Part shown: positions 11,001-21,653 of the stretch, one piece after another | Numbering within the stretch: the stretch's first letter is position 1 | How the letters are laid out: each line of letters begins with the position of its first letter | Assembly (NCBI GenBank): GCA_965195345.1 | Contig: OZ239628.1 | Coordinates: 896,001-960,000 of the forward strand | Direction: 5' to 3' | DNA from: an uncultured Thiomicrospira sp. | Lineage (GTDB): Bacteria; Pseudomonadota; Gammaproteobacteria; CAKMZV01 | Length of the DNA: 64,000 nt | Notes under the pieces: model-generated | What the model saw: only the letters and a program-made list of their open reading frames with translations | Told to the model about the DNA's origin: nothing | Database searches by the model: none | Program-made: the position numbers and the translations under genes

Positions 11001-11002
11001 GC

Positions 11003-12382
11003 TTAATTCCTCGGTTTGGGCAAGAAACGATTACTGAACCAACCAAATTGTATAACTGGTATTTTTTTGATTACATTCCCAGATGAAATAAAGCACAGAA
11101 ATAAACGACTTAAACGAATGCTCATTCGATAGAGCATAGGATGCATCGCTAAGAAACTACATATTTTAACGGTTACTTTTTCGAGATTTGGACGCATGTT
11201 TTGTTCAACTTGATCTAATCGCAGTTGATGCAGTAGTTTAGGTAAGGGGATTTTTACGGGGCATACTACATGGCATTGGCCGCATAAAGTAGCAGCATGT
11301 GGCAAATCAATGGACTGCTTCATGTCAGTATATAACGAAGTCAATATTGCGCCCATCGGTCCAGGATAAACCCACCCATAAGCATGCCCTCCAACGTGCT
11401 GATAAACAGGACAATGATTCATGCAAGCTCCGCATCGAATACAGCGCAGCATATCTTCATAATTTGATCCAAGCAAAGAACTACGTCCACTGTCTATTAA
11501 GACAAAATGCAGTTGTTCAGGATGTTCTTCTTCCGATTTCAACGATCTAGAGGTTAATGTAAGGTAATTGGAAATTGCTTGACCTGTCGCAGAACGTGGT
11601 AATAATTCAATAATATCCGCGGCATCTTGTAGCGTCCCAAGCACCTTTTCAATACCTACTAAGACCACTCGTATTTTTGGTAAGATTGACGTGAGACAGC
11701 CATTCCCTTCATTTGTCACAATTCCGACACTACCCGTTTCGGCAACCAAAAAATTGGCACCGGTAATACCCATGTCCGCATTTATAAATTTTTCGCGTAA
11801 TACACTGCGCGCTTGGCGAGTTAAGTCTTCAATGCTATTTGCAGGTTCAGAGCCTCGATGATGCTCTTTAAAGAGTTTTCTGACGTCATCAACATTTTTG
11901 TGTACGGCGGGAGCAACTATGTGAGATGGCGGTTCTTTGGCTAATTGTAAGATGTATTCGCCCAAATCAGTTTCAGTTACTTCAAAACCTTTTTGCTCAA
12001 GTGCTTGATTAAGATTGATCTCCTCTGAAATCATTGATTTGGATTTAATAATACTCTTAACATTATTGGAAAAGGCAATTTTTTCAACAATAGAGCACGC
12101 TTCTTCTTCGTCTAACGCCCAATGAACAGTTGAACCATTTTTTTGAGCATTTTTCTCAAAAGTTTCAAGGTAATCAGCCCAATGTATTAGTGTTTGGTTA
12201 CGAATCCACTCACCTAATTGGCGTTGCTCTTCAAAATTCCCAAGAGTCTCGTCATAAAGAGCTATTGCTGAGGATCGATGGTGTGTGAACTTATGCTGTG
12301 CATTTTTCATCGCTTGACGCAGAAATGGATTTTCTAACGCTTTATGAGCATTTTTCCGAAAATGAATGCTTTGTTGTTGCAT
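11003..12382 (-). CDS. lutB: Lactate utilization Fe-S protein B
   Basis: ETDLGEYILQL, CIRCGACMNHCP and LCGQCHVVCPVKI motifs. Confidence 0.94.
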   Translation of the reverse strand: MQQQSIHFRKNAHKALENPFLRQAMKNAQHKFTHHRSSAIALYDETLGNFEEQRQLGEWIRNQTLIHWADYLETFEKNAQKNGSTVHWALDEEEACSIVEKIAFSNNVKSIIKSKSMISEEINLNQALEQKGFEVTETDLGEYILQLAKEPPSHIVAPAVHKNVDDVRKLFKEHHRGSEPANSIEDLTRQARSVLREKFINADMGITGANFLVAETGSVGIVTNEGNGCLTSILPKIRVVLVGIEKVLGTLQDAADIIELLPRSATGQAISNYLTLTSRSLKSEEEHPEQLHFVLIDSGRSSLLGSNYEDMLRCIRCGACMNHCPVYQHVGGHAYGWVYPGPMGAILTSLYTDMKQSIDLPHAATLCGQCHVVCPVKIPLPKLLHQLRLDQVEQNMRPNLEKVTVKICSFLAMHPMLYRMSIRLSRLFLCFISSGNVIKKIPVIQFGWFSNRFLPKPRN

Positions 12383-12386
12383 ATTC

Positions 12387-13106
12387 TTAAATCGATTGCG
12401 CCAAAATTTCAGTCACATGCATGACTTTTACATTATTGTGTCCTTCGTACATCAACTTCCCCTCAATATTCAACATACATCCCACATCCCCCATAGCAAT
12501 AATTGGACTGCCATTTTCTAATATTTTTTGACATTTCTCACTGGCAATGCTCGACGATATTTCACCGAATTTAGTTGAAAAAAGACCGCCAAAACCACAA
12601 CATTGTTCACAATCAGTCATCTCAATTATAGTATGCCCACATTGTTCGAGCAGTAAGCGCGGTTGTTCTTTAATGTTCATCTCGCGTAATCCGGCACAGG
12701 AATCATGATATGTGAGTGTTAGTGGAGTAGCACTTAGCGGCAGTTGAATTGAACAAATATCTATCAAAAATTCGCAAATTTCAAAGCATTTTTCGGCATG
12801 CTTTATAAGTTCAGTATTGCTGGAATCTAATTCTTGATAGTGCTTGCGCATCATACCAGCACACGATCCAGAAGGAATGATTACATAGTCGCAGTGCATA
12901 AATTCAGACACACACTTACGTGCTAGTGCAAGGCTTTGTTTTTGATATCCCGCGTTCCAGGCAGGTTGTCCGCAACAGGTTTGTGATTTTGGAAGAACCA
13001 CTTCAAATCCAAGATATAAAAGAAGTTTTGCAGTGGCTTGGCTAACCGATGGCCTCATCGATTCAACCAAGCAAGTGGAAAATAATCCAATAACTTTTTT
13101 AGTCAT
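12387..13106 (-). CDS. lutA: Lactate utilization protein A (CCG domains)
   Basis: QTCCGQP, YHDSC and CCGFGG motifs. Confidence 0.93.
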   Translation of the reverse strand: MTKKVIGLFSTCLVESMRPSVSQATAKLLLYLGFEVVLPKSQTCCGQPAWNAGYQKQSLALARKCVSEFMHCDYVIIPSGSCAGMMRKHYQELDSSNTELIKHAEKCFEICEFLIDICSIQLPLSATPLTLTYHDSCAGLREMNIKEQPRLLLEQCGHTIIEMTDCEQCCGFGGLFSTKFGEISSSIASEKCQKILENGSPIIAMGDVGCMLNIEGKLMYEGHNNVKVMHVTEILAQSI

Positions 13107-13349
13107 TTGTTAAAGATGATGAAATATAGGTGTACAGCAATTAAGTTAGTAAGTAAAGTTATACTATTTACAAAGCATTATAGTCATTAACAAAGAAAAT
13201 AGCCTTTTTAAAGAACCTCTCTGAATGTAATTATTGTTTTGGAAGAATCGGTGATTATGTGCAAAAGTGCTAAAATATGCTTGTTGATGACCGTTCATTG
13301 ATGCGCATTTACAGGCAATATTACGTTGAATAAGTAGGATAGATATCTG

Positions 13350-14051
13350 ATGAAAACGATAGGCATGTTAGGAGGTATGAGTTGGGAGTCGACGATTTCT
13401 TATTACAGAATGCTCAACGAAGGAGTAAAGACTAAATTAGGTCAACTTCATTCAGCCAAAATTATTCTTTTCAGTGTGGACTTTGAAGAGATTGCTCGGT
13501 TACAGAAAACATCGGATTGGGAAAGTGCAGGGAGAATATTGGCTTTAGAAGCTGAAAAGATAGAAGCTGGCGGAGCAGATATGTTACTAATCTGCACTAA
13601 CACCATGCATAAAGTAAATGACTTGATAACGAAGAATCTTTCAATTCCAACGGTACATATCATTGACGAAACGGCGCGTGTGCTGTTAGAAAAAAACGTT
13701 AAAAAAGTTGGTCTACTGGGCACTCGCTACACTATGCATGATGGTTTTTATCATAGTTATATGCTGGATAAGCACGGAATTGAAACCCTTGTGCCATCGG
13801 ATACCGTGCAGTTAGAAATTAATCGTATTATTTTTGAAGAGATTTGCCTTGGAAAAATAAAAGAAGAGTCACGGGAATACTATTTGCAAGTGATACAAAG
13901 TTTACACCAAGAAGGAGCGCAAGGGATCATACTCGGGTGCACTGAAATTGCTCTTTTAATTCAACAAAAGCATACAGATATTCAATTGTTTGATAGCACA
14001 AAAATTCATGTAGACGCTGCACTGTTCAAAGCGTTATCTTTAGTTGGTTAG
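13350..14051 (+). CDS. Aspartate/glutamate racemase family protein (YgeA/RacX-like)
   Basis: MKTIGMLGGMSWEST, ICTNTMH and ILGCTE motifs. Confidence 0.92.
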   Translation: MKTIGMLGGMSWESTISYYRMLNEGVKTKLGQLHSAKIILFSVDFEEIARLQKTSDWESAGRILALEAEKIEAGGADMLLICTNTMHKVNDLITKNLSIPTVHIIDETARVLLEKNVKKVGLLGTRYTMHDGFYHSYMLDKHGIETLVPSDTVQLEINRIIFEEICLGKIKEESREYYLQVIQSLHQEGAQGIILGCTEIALLIQQKHTDIQLFDSTKIHVDAALFKALSLVG

Positions 14052-14930
14052 AGGGCTATTTTTTAGGACATTTAATTTTTTAATATGCTCAGGTCCTATT
14101 CCGCAACATCCACCAATGATAGAAGCACCAGCACTTTGCCATTGATGCGCAAATTCGAAATACCTTTCTGGAGTAAGTTCTTCACGAATTGGTGAAATTT
14201 CCTCGTTTGCATTCCTCATGGCTTCCAAAGGAGGGAAAGCATTAGCATACACTCCGATTTGAAAAGACTGGCTTGTCATCGTATTTGTCATTGTCACAGC
14301 ATCAAGCATTACTTCAGGTTGAGAGCAATTGAACAGCAATGCATCGACCTCATCAGAAGAAAACATAGGTAGTACGTCAATCAATTTTTCCCCTGAACGC
14401 AGACAAGGCATTCCAGATTCTGCTTCATCTTGCAGCGACATACTAATCCAAAGGGGCTTTCCACAACCAAAAAACACATCCATGACTGATTGAATTTCTG
14501 CCTTACTTGACATTGTTTCAGCAAGTATGATACTGGAATAGGGGCAAAGGCAATCGGCAAACATTTCCAGCATGGGTGTTGCTTTTTTAGCATCAAAAAG
14601 AGCCGGCTTATAGGAACCAAACATTGGAGGAATACTTGCTGCTACTTTAATATCATGGTTCGCTTGCAATTTTGCTTCAGAGGCTAGTTTCCCAGATAAA
14701 GTTAATAGACTCGGCGCCAATTCATTAAAGCATTCTTCTCCGATGTGAAAAGGAACTAATGCATAGGAATTTGTTGTAATGACATCGGCACCAGCTTGAA
14801 CGTAAGCGGTGTGTGCTTCAAGAACAGACTCAGGTTTTTCCAACAAAGCTTTGGCAGACCATTCTGGTTGAGCAAATGGAGCGCCCATTCGTTCAAGTTC
14901 TCTGCCCATGCCGCCATCAAGAATAATCAT
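14040..14930 (-). CDS. Homocysteine S-methyltransferase family protein
   Basis: ILDGGMGREL, FNC and IGGCCGIGPEHI Zn-binding motifs. Confidence 0.92.
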   Translation of the reverse strand: MIILDGGMGRELERMGAPFAQPEWSAKALLEKPESVLEAHTAYVQAGADVITTNSYALVPFHIGEECFNELAPSLLTLSGKLASEAKLQANHDIKVAASIPPMFGSYKPALFDAKKATPMLEMFADCLCPYSSIILAETMSSKAEIQSVMDVFFGCGKPLWISMSLQDEAESGMPCLRSGEKLIDVLPMFSSDEVDALLFNCSQPEVMLDAVTMTNTMTSQSFQIGVYANAFPPLEAMRNANEEISPIREELTPERYFEFAHQWQSAGASIIGGCCGIGPEHIKKLNVLKNSPLTN

Positions 14931-15036
14931 GTGCTAAATTATAAGAGGAATTGGTCAACTATGTTGAAGACAGTGGTAGAATTCCTTTGCAGAGTTCCTA
15001 CTGTAAATGTAATAGTTCACGAAAATAACTTTATTT

Positions 15037-15582
15037 ATGAAAATAACTGCCTTTGCTGCTAGTAACAGTCGCACATCGATTAATAAAAGTTTAGTGCAAT
15101 ACGCTGCTAAATTTCTTAAGGTTGCCGATGTAAATTTGCTTGATTTGAATGATTTTGAATTACCTGTTTTTAGTGAAAAATTAGAAGAGGAGATTGGTCA
15201 ACCACCTCAAGCTCATGATTTCCTTGCAAATATAGCCGCCAGTGATGGAGTATTGGTGTCTTTTGCTGAACATAATGGAAATTACAGCGCAACTTATAAA
15301 AATACTTTTGATTGGGCGTCTCGAATTAATCCTAAAGTGTATCAAAAGAAACCTGTGACAATTATGTCTACTTCTCCTGGTGGTCGTGGAGGGAAAGGCG
15401 TTCTGTCGATTGCTTCAAGCCAATTACCTTTTTTTGATGCCGAAGTGGTTTCTTCCTTCAGTCTACCCAATTTTTACGAAAATTTTGACTTAGATAAATT
15501 ATGCATAACCGAATCTTCTCTCGATGAGGAGCTGCAGGTTGTGATGATGGATTTTGAGAAACGAATTAAAATGGCGATCTAA
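15037..15582 (+). CDS. NADPH-dependent FMN reductase
   Basis: ASNSRTSINK, AEHNGNYS and STSPGGRGG motifs. Confidence 0.9.
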   Translation: MKITAFAASNSRTSINKSLVQYAAKFLKVADVNLLDLNDFELPVFSEKLEEEIGQPPQAHDFLANIAASDGVLVSFAEHNGNYSATYKNTFDWASRINPKVYQKKPVTIMSTSPGGRGGKGVLSIASSQLPFFDAEVVSSFSLPNFYENFDLDKLCITESSLDEELQVVMMDFEKRIKMAI

Positions 15583-15623
15583 ATTGATTATCAAAGTGTC
15601 GTCACTAACCATTATAAAACCAC

Positions 15624-16574
15624 ATGAATCATCTTGATTTTGAAGCTCCTATAGCAGACCTTGAAGAGAAAATAACTGAGTTGAGCCGTCTTGGCACAGA
15701 GTCTGGGATGGAAATTACTGAGCAGACGTTGAAGCTAAAAGAAGAGAGTCGGAAGTTAACCGAAAAAGTTTTTCGAAATTTGACTGATTGGCAAATAAGC
15801 AAGTTAGCCAGGCATCCGCTACGCCCTTATACTCGGGATTATATAAAATATATTTTCACAGATTTTAATGAATTGCACGGAGACCGTCATTACAAGGATG
15901 ACAGTGCTATTGTTGCAGGAATTGCACGCATTCAAGGTCGTTCAGTAATGGTTATTGGACATGAAAAAGGGCGTTCAACAAATGAAAAGATAAAACAAAA
16001 TTTTGGCATGCCCAGACCCGAAGGTTATCGTAAGGCTTTGCGTTTAATGCAGTTGGCTGAACGGTTTGGCATTCCAGTAATTACATTGATAGATACACCA
16101 GGGGCACATCCAGGCATTGATGCTGAAGAACGCAATCAAAGCGAAGCGATAGCGATTAACTTGCGAGAGATGTCTATGTTACGTATTCCCATTATATGCA
16201 CTGTTATTGGCGAAGGCGGTTCGGGAGGTGCATTGGCTATAGGGGTTGGCGATCATATTATGATGATGGAGTTTGCTGTTTATTCGGTTATTTCACCGGA
16301 AGGATGTGCTTCGATTTTATGGAAAAGTACGGAGAAAGCACCAGAAGCGGCAGAAGCATTAGCTCTGACGGCTCCTAAATTATTAAAACAAAAAATCATT
16401 GATGAAATTGTTCCCGAACCATTGGGAAGCGCTCATCGATCTTATGAAACAGCAGCACTCAATCTACAATCTTCATTGGTACGCGCATTAGATAAGTTTT
16501 GCGCAATGGATGTTGATAAGTTAGTGCATTTGCGTTATGAAAAACTTATGAATTACGGTAACTTTCAGGGTTGA
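15624..16574 (+). CDS. accA: Acetyl-CoA carboxylase carboxyltransferase alpha subunit
   Basis: [20 protein letters not shown] and GEGGSGGAL motifs. Confidence 0.98.
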   Translation: MNHLDFEAPIADLEEKITELSRLGTESGMEITEQTLKLKEESRKLTEKVFRNLTDWQISKLARHPLRPYTRDYIKYIFTDFNELHGDRHYKDDSAIVAGIARIQGRSVMVIGHEKGRSTNEKIKQNFGMPRPEGYRKALRLMQLAERFGIPVITLIDTPGAHPGIDAEERNQSEAIAINLREMSMLRIPIICTVIGEGGSGGALAIGVGDHIMMMEFAVYSVISPEGCASILWKSTEKAPEAAEALALTAPKLLKQKIIDEIVPEPLGSAHRSYETAALNLQSSLVRALDKFCAMDVDKLVHLRYEKLMNYGNFQG

Positions 16575-17827
16575 AGAAAAGCGTACCTTCTGATCAGTTA
16601 TTGCTGAATCATTTATTATCATTCTTTAATAGTTGGGACGACATCAGTGCCAATTCGCCTCTTTATGTGGGATTGAGCGGCGGAGTAGATTCAGTCGTTT
16701 TATGTCATGCACTGCACTCAATGCTGTCATTGACCCAACGCTCATTTACTATTGTTCATATTAATCACCAGTTGCAAGATAATGCTGATGAATTCGTTCA
16801 GCAAAGTCAATCGCTTGCGCGAAAACTAAACGTACCGATTGTTGTGGAAGAAGTGCAGGTGGATAGTCAGCCACGCACCAGTATAGAGGCACAAGCGCGG
16901 GCAGTGCGTTATAAGGCATTCACAAAATTGTTGGAACCAAATGCTATGTTGCTATTGGCGCACCATCAGGATGACCAAGCAGAAACGTTTTTACTAAATG
17001 CATTGCGTGGTGCTGATATAAATGCCTTAGGAGGAATGCAAACGTTAAGGAAGCATAAAACTATATGGATTGGGAGACCAATGTTGCAAATAGAACGTAA
17101 AGATATTCTGAACTACGCTAGCATGTTTGATTTGCAATGGTCAGAGGATACGAGTAATACAGACGAAACGATCAAACGTAATTTTTTACGTCATGGAGTG
17201 CTTAAAAAAATCGAAGAGAATTTTCCAGAAAGTTCTAAAATGTTAGCCCGTAGCGCAAGTCGCTTGCAAGTTATCAATGCCCATATACAAGATGAAGCAG
17301 AGGCTTTTTTACAGACACAAACTAATGAATACATTTTGTCATTAGCAGGGTGGAGAGCTTTATCACCTGCGTTAGCTATGGCTGTGTTGAGATTATGGTT
17401 CCAAAAATATAGCGTACCAGCTCAGAGGCAATTGAATGAATTGGTTAGACTTTTCAGAAAAGAAAATGGGCGAGGTGAATTTCGATGGCGTTCAGAGCGA
17501 GGAGAAATCATTTGCTTTGTGTGGCATGATTATGTATTTTTATATTCTCATGAGCAATTGATGGGAACCTCCCCTATAAAGTATTTGCTGAGTGATGGTT
17601 ATGAGGTTCGATGCCGAGTCTCAGGGCAAAGAGTATTATTTAAAGGGCAATCTCGGCAGGTTAAAACGCTTTTGAAACAGATGGGCGTGTTTCCATGGTG
17701 GAGGGATAATTTCCCGATTTTATTTAAAAATGATAGTGCTGTAATGTTGGGAAATTTATGCTTGGATAAATACGAGCATTCAATTAAATTGATTGCTTCA
17801 TCTCCTTATCAATTAGGAGATTTATAA
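16571..17827 (+). CDS. tilS: tRNA(Ile)-lysidine synthase
   Basis: SGGVDS PP-loop, [10 protein letters not shown] and RNFLRH motifs; follows accA. Confidence 0.95.
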   Translation: MKKSVPSDQLLLNHLLSFFNSWDDISANSPLYVGLSGGVDSVVLCHALHSMLSLTQRSFTIVHINHQLQDNADEFVQQSQSLARKLNVPIVVEEVQVDSQPRTSIEAQARAVRYKAFTKLLEPNAMLLLAHHQDDQAETFLLNALRGADINALGGMQTLRKHKTIWIGRPMLQIERKDILNYASMFDLQWSEDTSNTDETIKRNFLRHGVLKKIEENFPESSKMLARSASRLQVINAHIQDEAEAFLQTQTNEYILSLAGWRALSPALAMAVLRLWFQKYSVPAQRQLNELVRLFRKENGRGEFRWRSERGEIICFVWHDYVFLYSHEQLMGTSPIKYLLSDGYEVRCRVSGQRVLFKGQSRQVKTLLKQMGVFPWWRDNFPILFKNDSAVMLGNLCLDKYEHSIKLIASSPYQLGDL

Positions 17828-17866
17828 ATAGAAAAAAGAAAGTGTTTGCGTAAAACAAGTTGAGGG

Positions 17867-18982
17867 TTACTCCACTTGGCTTTCTTTTGGAATGTCTACA
17901 TCAATAGTGTATTCATGTATTAAAATATTATCGTCAGCATACACTTGAGTGGTGAGAGTTCCTTTTGAACTCGCTGGGAAAACATACGCTGTGTAAATAC
18001 GCCAACGATTTCCACGAATCAAAAATTTTTTTTGGTTGATAATTTGATCATTGAACACCCATTGATGGCGAATGCTATGATCTTTGAAATTTCTAATGTT
18101 CGTATAGAAATAAACAATTTCATTATTGTCTATTTTTTCCAATGCTTCACCAGGTACACGGTCAACTACTGAATGTGTAAATAAAGGAGATGTAATTTTT
18201 AATTTTAGATAATCACTAGACAACGAAGACGTTGAGTGACTTTCATTCGAAGTATTCTTCGAAGCGCTCGTTGTATCATTATTGTCTATTATGGTTTCTT
18301 GATTTTGACTCAACAATTCTTTCTTTATTGGTTGAACATCTTTTTTGAATGTGGCACTGGAAGGTTCTTTAATTTTGAGCTCCTGCTCATTCTTTGCCTC
18401 ATGATCGTTGCTTTCTAATGCAGATGCACTTTCTATTTTGGTTGAACTATGGATCACATCTACACTTAGTATTGTTGGGACTGGAATTTTAGTTTCTTGT
18501 TGTTTTTTTTGTAACACAGCATCAAACGATTGATCGCGTGTACTCTTCCTTGCCTGTATGTTTTCTGATAATGCTGGCTTTTCAGGTTTATTTGTTTGAT
18601 CTTTTGAAGTCAATGAAGATGAGGTATTATCATTTGTGTTTGAGGAATCTGGCTTTGACGTTTTAGAAGCGGTAATTGAAAAAATAGGTATATACTTATC
18701 GTCCGTCAAGTTTCGATAGTTGAAATAACCAATGATTGATAAGAGTAAGAGAATCAGTAGTCCCCATAAGATGGACTTACTCGGGTTAGCGTGCGATATG
18801 CCTGCCGATTTGCAACCTGCTTTCCAACCATTTATCCATTTTCTTTTCAATGCTGCAGACGATAGATACCTATGAGAGCAGTATGAAGAGTCCATGCCTG
18901 CATTTCCTTTGTTAAATCCATCCTCATAGGCTGAACGTAATTCTTCAGAAGAATATTTTTTTTGATTACTATCAGTTGTCAT
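17867..18982 (-). CDS. Single-pass membrane protein: N-terminal Rmf-like domain, low-complexity linker, C-terminal DUF2914-like domain
   Basis: AYEDGFNKGNAG..C..WINGWKAG; TM at residues ~71-87; VYFYTNIR...IRHQW...RGNRWRIYT. Confidence 0.65.
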   Translation of the reverse strand: MTTDSNQKKYSSEELRSAYEDGFNKGNAGMDSSYCSHRYLSSAALKRKWINGWKAGCKSAGISHANPSKSILWGLLILLLLSIIGYFNYRNLTDDKYIPIFSITASKTSKPDSSNTNDNTSSSLTSKDQTNKPEKPALSENIQARKSTRDQSFDAVLQKKQQETKIPVPTILSVDVIHSSTKIESASALESNDHEAKNEQELKIKEPSSATFKKDVQPIKKELLSQNQETIIDNNDTTSASKNTSNESHSTSSLSSDYLKLKITSPLFTHSVVDRVPGEALEKIDNNEIVYFYTNIRNFKDHSIRHQWVFNDQIINQKKFLIRGNRWRIYTAYVFPASSKGTLTTQVYADDNILIHEYTIDVDIPKESQVE

Positions 18983-19087
18983 TTAATCTACAGGACTGGA
19001 ATTTTTTTTCTAATCGGTTTTTAATCCAATTAATGGGCATCTGCATTTACTTCTCTTCATTAAAATACATTGTATATCATTCAAAGT

Positions 19088-20008
19088 TTAACGTCCTTCA
19101 CATTGTTTTTTACAACGATTTACGGCAAGCACCGAACTAAAAAAACCGATGAGGATTGCAAAGGAAAAACAGTATAGATAGGCAGCGTTTAAATGCAAAA
19201 TTTGAACGTCACCTGCAGTGGCTGTTACAAGCAAGTTATTAATGACTTCAATGCTCCCCCAACTAATGCCAACGGCACAAAGAGTGCCAATAAATCCAAG
19301 TGAAGTGCCCCAAATTATAAATGGTTGATACAACTGAGTAAGCGTAGCTCCAAGTAATAGATTTATCGCTACTTCGTCGCGTTTTATTTGGATATGTTGA
19401 CTTAAAGCGTGATTTAAAATCAACCAGATAGCCACGATGAATACAGCACTTAGAAACCAGACCAAACGCTCTCCTAAAGTAATTAATTCTTGCACATGTG
19501 ACACCCATTCTTCATTGATATCTACTTCATAAACCATTTCGTCTTCAAGTAGTAATGATTTAAAAGAGAGGATTTGTTGCAAGCTTGATTGAACCGTTGG
19601 ATTAAGGATTATCAGATCGTGCAATGGGTTGTATCCAAGTAATTCAAGGGAGGCTTTTATGTCTTTTTCACCACGATATTCTTTCAATTCCTCAATAGCA
19701 TCGTCGCGTGAGATAAGGACAGGATTATTCTTTATAACACTGCCATAGGTCGCAATCATTGAATTGATGCGCTCCAAAGTTTCGGTACGTTCAGATGCAT
19801 TATTTGTATGTAAAAAGACAGTAATTTGTTTGTGTGCTGTTTGTACTCCGAGCCAATTATTGGAATTAATTAACAATGTAAGCCCAAGCAGGGGTACGCT
19901 AAAACTTGCAGCGATCACCAATATAGTCAGAAAGCTGTTGGAAAAAGTCATTTTCACATCAACCCAAAAGTTATGGTATCCGGTTGGTGTACTGGTTTTA
20001 TATTTCAT
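19088..20008 (-). CDS. ftsX: Cell division permease FtsX
   Basis: 4-TM topology, LGYNPL and LLGAT motifs; follows ftsE. Confidence 0.85.
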   Translation of the reverse strand: MKYKTSTPTGYHNFWVDVKMTFSNSFLTILVIAASFSVPLLGLTLLINSNNWLGVQTAHKQITVFLHTNNASERTETLERINSMIATYGSVIKNNPVLISRDDAIEELKEYRGEKDIKASLELLGYNPLHDLIILNPTVQSSLQQILSFKSLLLEDEMVYEVDINEEWVSHVQELITLGERLVWFLSAVFIVAIWLILNHALSQHIQIKRDEVAINLLLGATLTQLYQPFIIWGTSLGFIGTLCAVGISWGSIEVINNLLVTATAGDVQILHLNAAYLYCFSFAILIGFFSSVLAVNRCKKQCEGR

Positions 20009-20694
20009 TGTACAAAGCCATTTTTCAATTTGATTTCATGAAATGCATGTGATTTTTTGAATCGCTCAACCAGTGCAATTTCATGCGTTGCAATCATAAT
20101 ACAAGTTTTTCGTGTTTGATTGATACTAATCAATAATTGCATGATTTTTTCAGATAAATCGGGATCGAGATTTCCGGTTGGTTCATCGGCTAATATGATT
20201 TTAGGATGACGTACTAACGCTCGTGCCAAACCAATGCGTTGTCGTTGCCCTGCAGACAGCGATAAAGGGTTGTATAGAGCATATTCGCGCATTTTAACTA
20301 ACGATAGTGCAGCTTCTACTTGACTTGAAAATTCACTTTTAGGGACGCCATTTAAATGCAGGGCAAGAGCAATATTATCTTGAACGTTCCGATCATTCAA
20401 AAGCATTGGTTCTTGAAAAACGATGCCCAATTTTTGACGATAGGAAGGAATTTGGTGATTTGAAGTTTTATTCAAACTATTACCAGCGACGTAAATTTCG
20501 CCATTTGTTGGTCGCTCCATTAAAGCTAATAATTTAAATAAAGTGCTTTTGCCTGCTCCTGAGGGTCCCGTTACAAAAGTTAATGAATTTGGTGCGACTC
20601 TGAAAGTAATGTTTTTTAACGCATCATGATGCGTAGGATGCGCGGGGTAACGCTTGGATACGTTGTCAAAATGAATGAAATTTTTATCAGACAT
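20005..20694 (-). CDS. ftsE: Cell division ATP-binding protein FtsE
   Basis: GPSGAGKST, LSAGQRQR and LADEPTGNLD motifs; ftsY-ftsE-ftsX order. Confidence 0.93.
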   Translation of the reverse strand: MSDKNFIHFDNVSKRYPAHPTHHDALKNITFRVAPNSLTFVTGPSGAGKSTLFKLLALMERPTNGEIYVAGNSLNKTSNHQIPSYRQKLGIVFQEPMLLNDRNVQDNIALALHLNGVPKSEFSSQVEAALSLVKMREYALYNPLSLSAGQRQRIGLARALVRHPKIILADEPTGNLDPDLSEKIMQLLISINQTRKTCIMIATHEIALVERFKKSHAFHEIKLKNGFVQ

Positions 20695-20726
20695 TTATAA
20701 ATAAGTTAAAGGGTACGAATCTGTTA

Positions 20727-21623
20727 TTATCCATTGGGGTGTTCCTCTAATAATGCGCTTATGAATTCTTCGGCATTAAATAATTGTAAGTCATCTATTT
20801 TTTCCCCCACACCCAGATAAATGATTGGTAAATCTAGGATGTGAGCAATGCTGAGTAAAGCGCCACCTTTGGCAGTGCCGTCTAACTTACTGGCTATAAC
20901 ACCAGTAATAGGAACGATGTCCTTAAATGCTGCAATTTGTTTAACACCATTTTGCCCACTACCTGCATCAATAACCATCCAAATGTCCGGCTCTATTAAG
21001 GCATCTACTTTGTTTAGAGTGCGGATGATTTTTTCTAACTCGTTCATTAAATGCTTTTGATTATATTGTCTTCCTGCAGTATCTATAATGAGAATGTCGT
21101 AATTCCGAGCTTTCGCCATCTCTAATGCAGTGTAAGCAATAGCTGCAGGATCAGTGGTGTTTTTGTCAATAAATACATCGACATTGCTTTGAGAGCCCCA
21201 GCTAGAAAGTTGTTCATGGGCGGCTGCACGAAAAGTATCGCCACTTGCCAATAAAATCTTTTTCTCAGAAGCAGAGAATTTTTTTGCTAATTTACCAATT
21301 GTGGTTGTTTTTCCAGCGCCATTGACGCCAGCCATTACAATAACGTGCGGGAGAGGATGAGTTTTTTCGTTGTTAGAAGTATGGTTAAACATTGACAGCA
21401 TTACTGTAGAGATTGCTTTGATAGGATCTTCAGTTTTGAGCATGCGCAGTTGTTTAATAATATAATCAGTTGTATCAATGCCAACATCTGCGGATAGGAA
21501 TTGATCTTCAAGTGCGTTTAATGAGTCTTCATCTATTTTTTTTTGTGCAAAAAAAGAATTGAAGTTTAAACGCCTTTTGGTTTTGATTAGAGAATCGTGA
21601 AGAATTTGTTTGAATGACGGCAC
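20727..21623 (-). CDS. ftsY: SRP receptor FtsY (NG domain only; start uncertain)
   Basis: GVNGAGKTTT, DTFRAAA, DTAGR and KLDGTAKGG motifs; GTG 21623 chosen to avoid overlap with the divergent gene. Confidence 0.93.
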   Translation of the reverse strand: MPSFKQILHDSLIKTKRRLNFNSFFAQKKIDEDSLNALEDQFLSADVGIDTTDYIIKQLRMLKTEDPIKAISTVMLSMFNHTSNNEKTHPLPHVIVMAGVNGAGKTTTIGKLAKKFSASEKKILLASGDTFRAAAHEQLSSWGSQSNVDVFIDKNTTDPAAIAYTALEMAKARNYDILIIDTAGRQYNQKHLMNELEKIIRTLNKVDALIEPDIWMVIDAGSGQNGVKQIAAFKDIVPITGVIASKLDGTAKGGALLSIAHILDLPIIYLGVGEKIDDLQLFNAEEFISALLEEHPNG

Positions 21624-21653
21624 AACTAATTTTAAAGAGTGAGTATTAATTAT

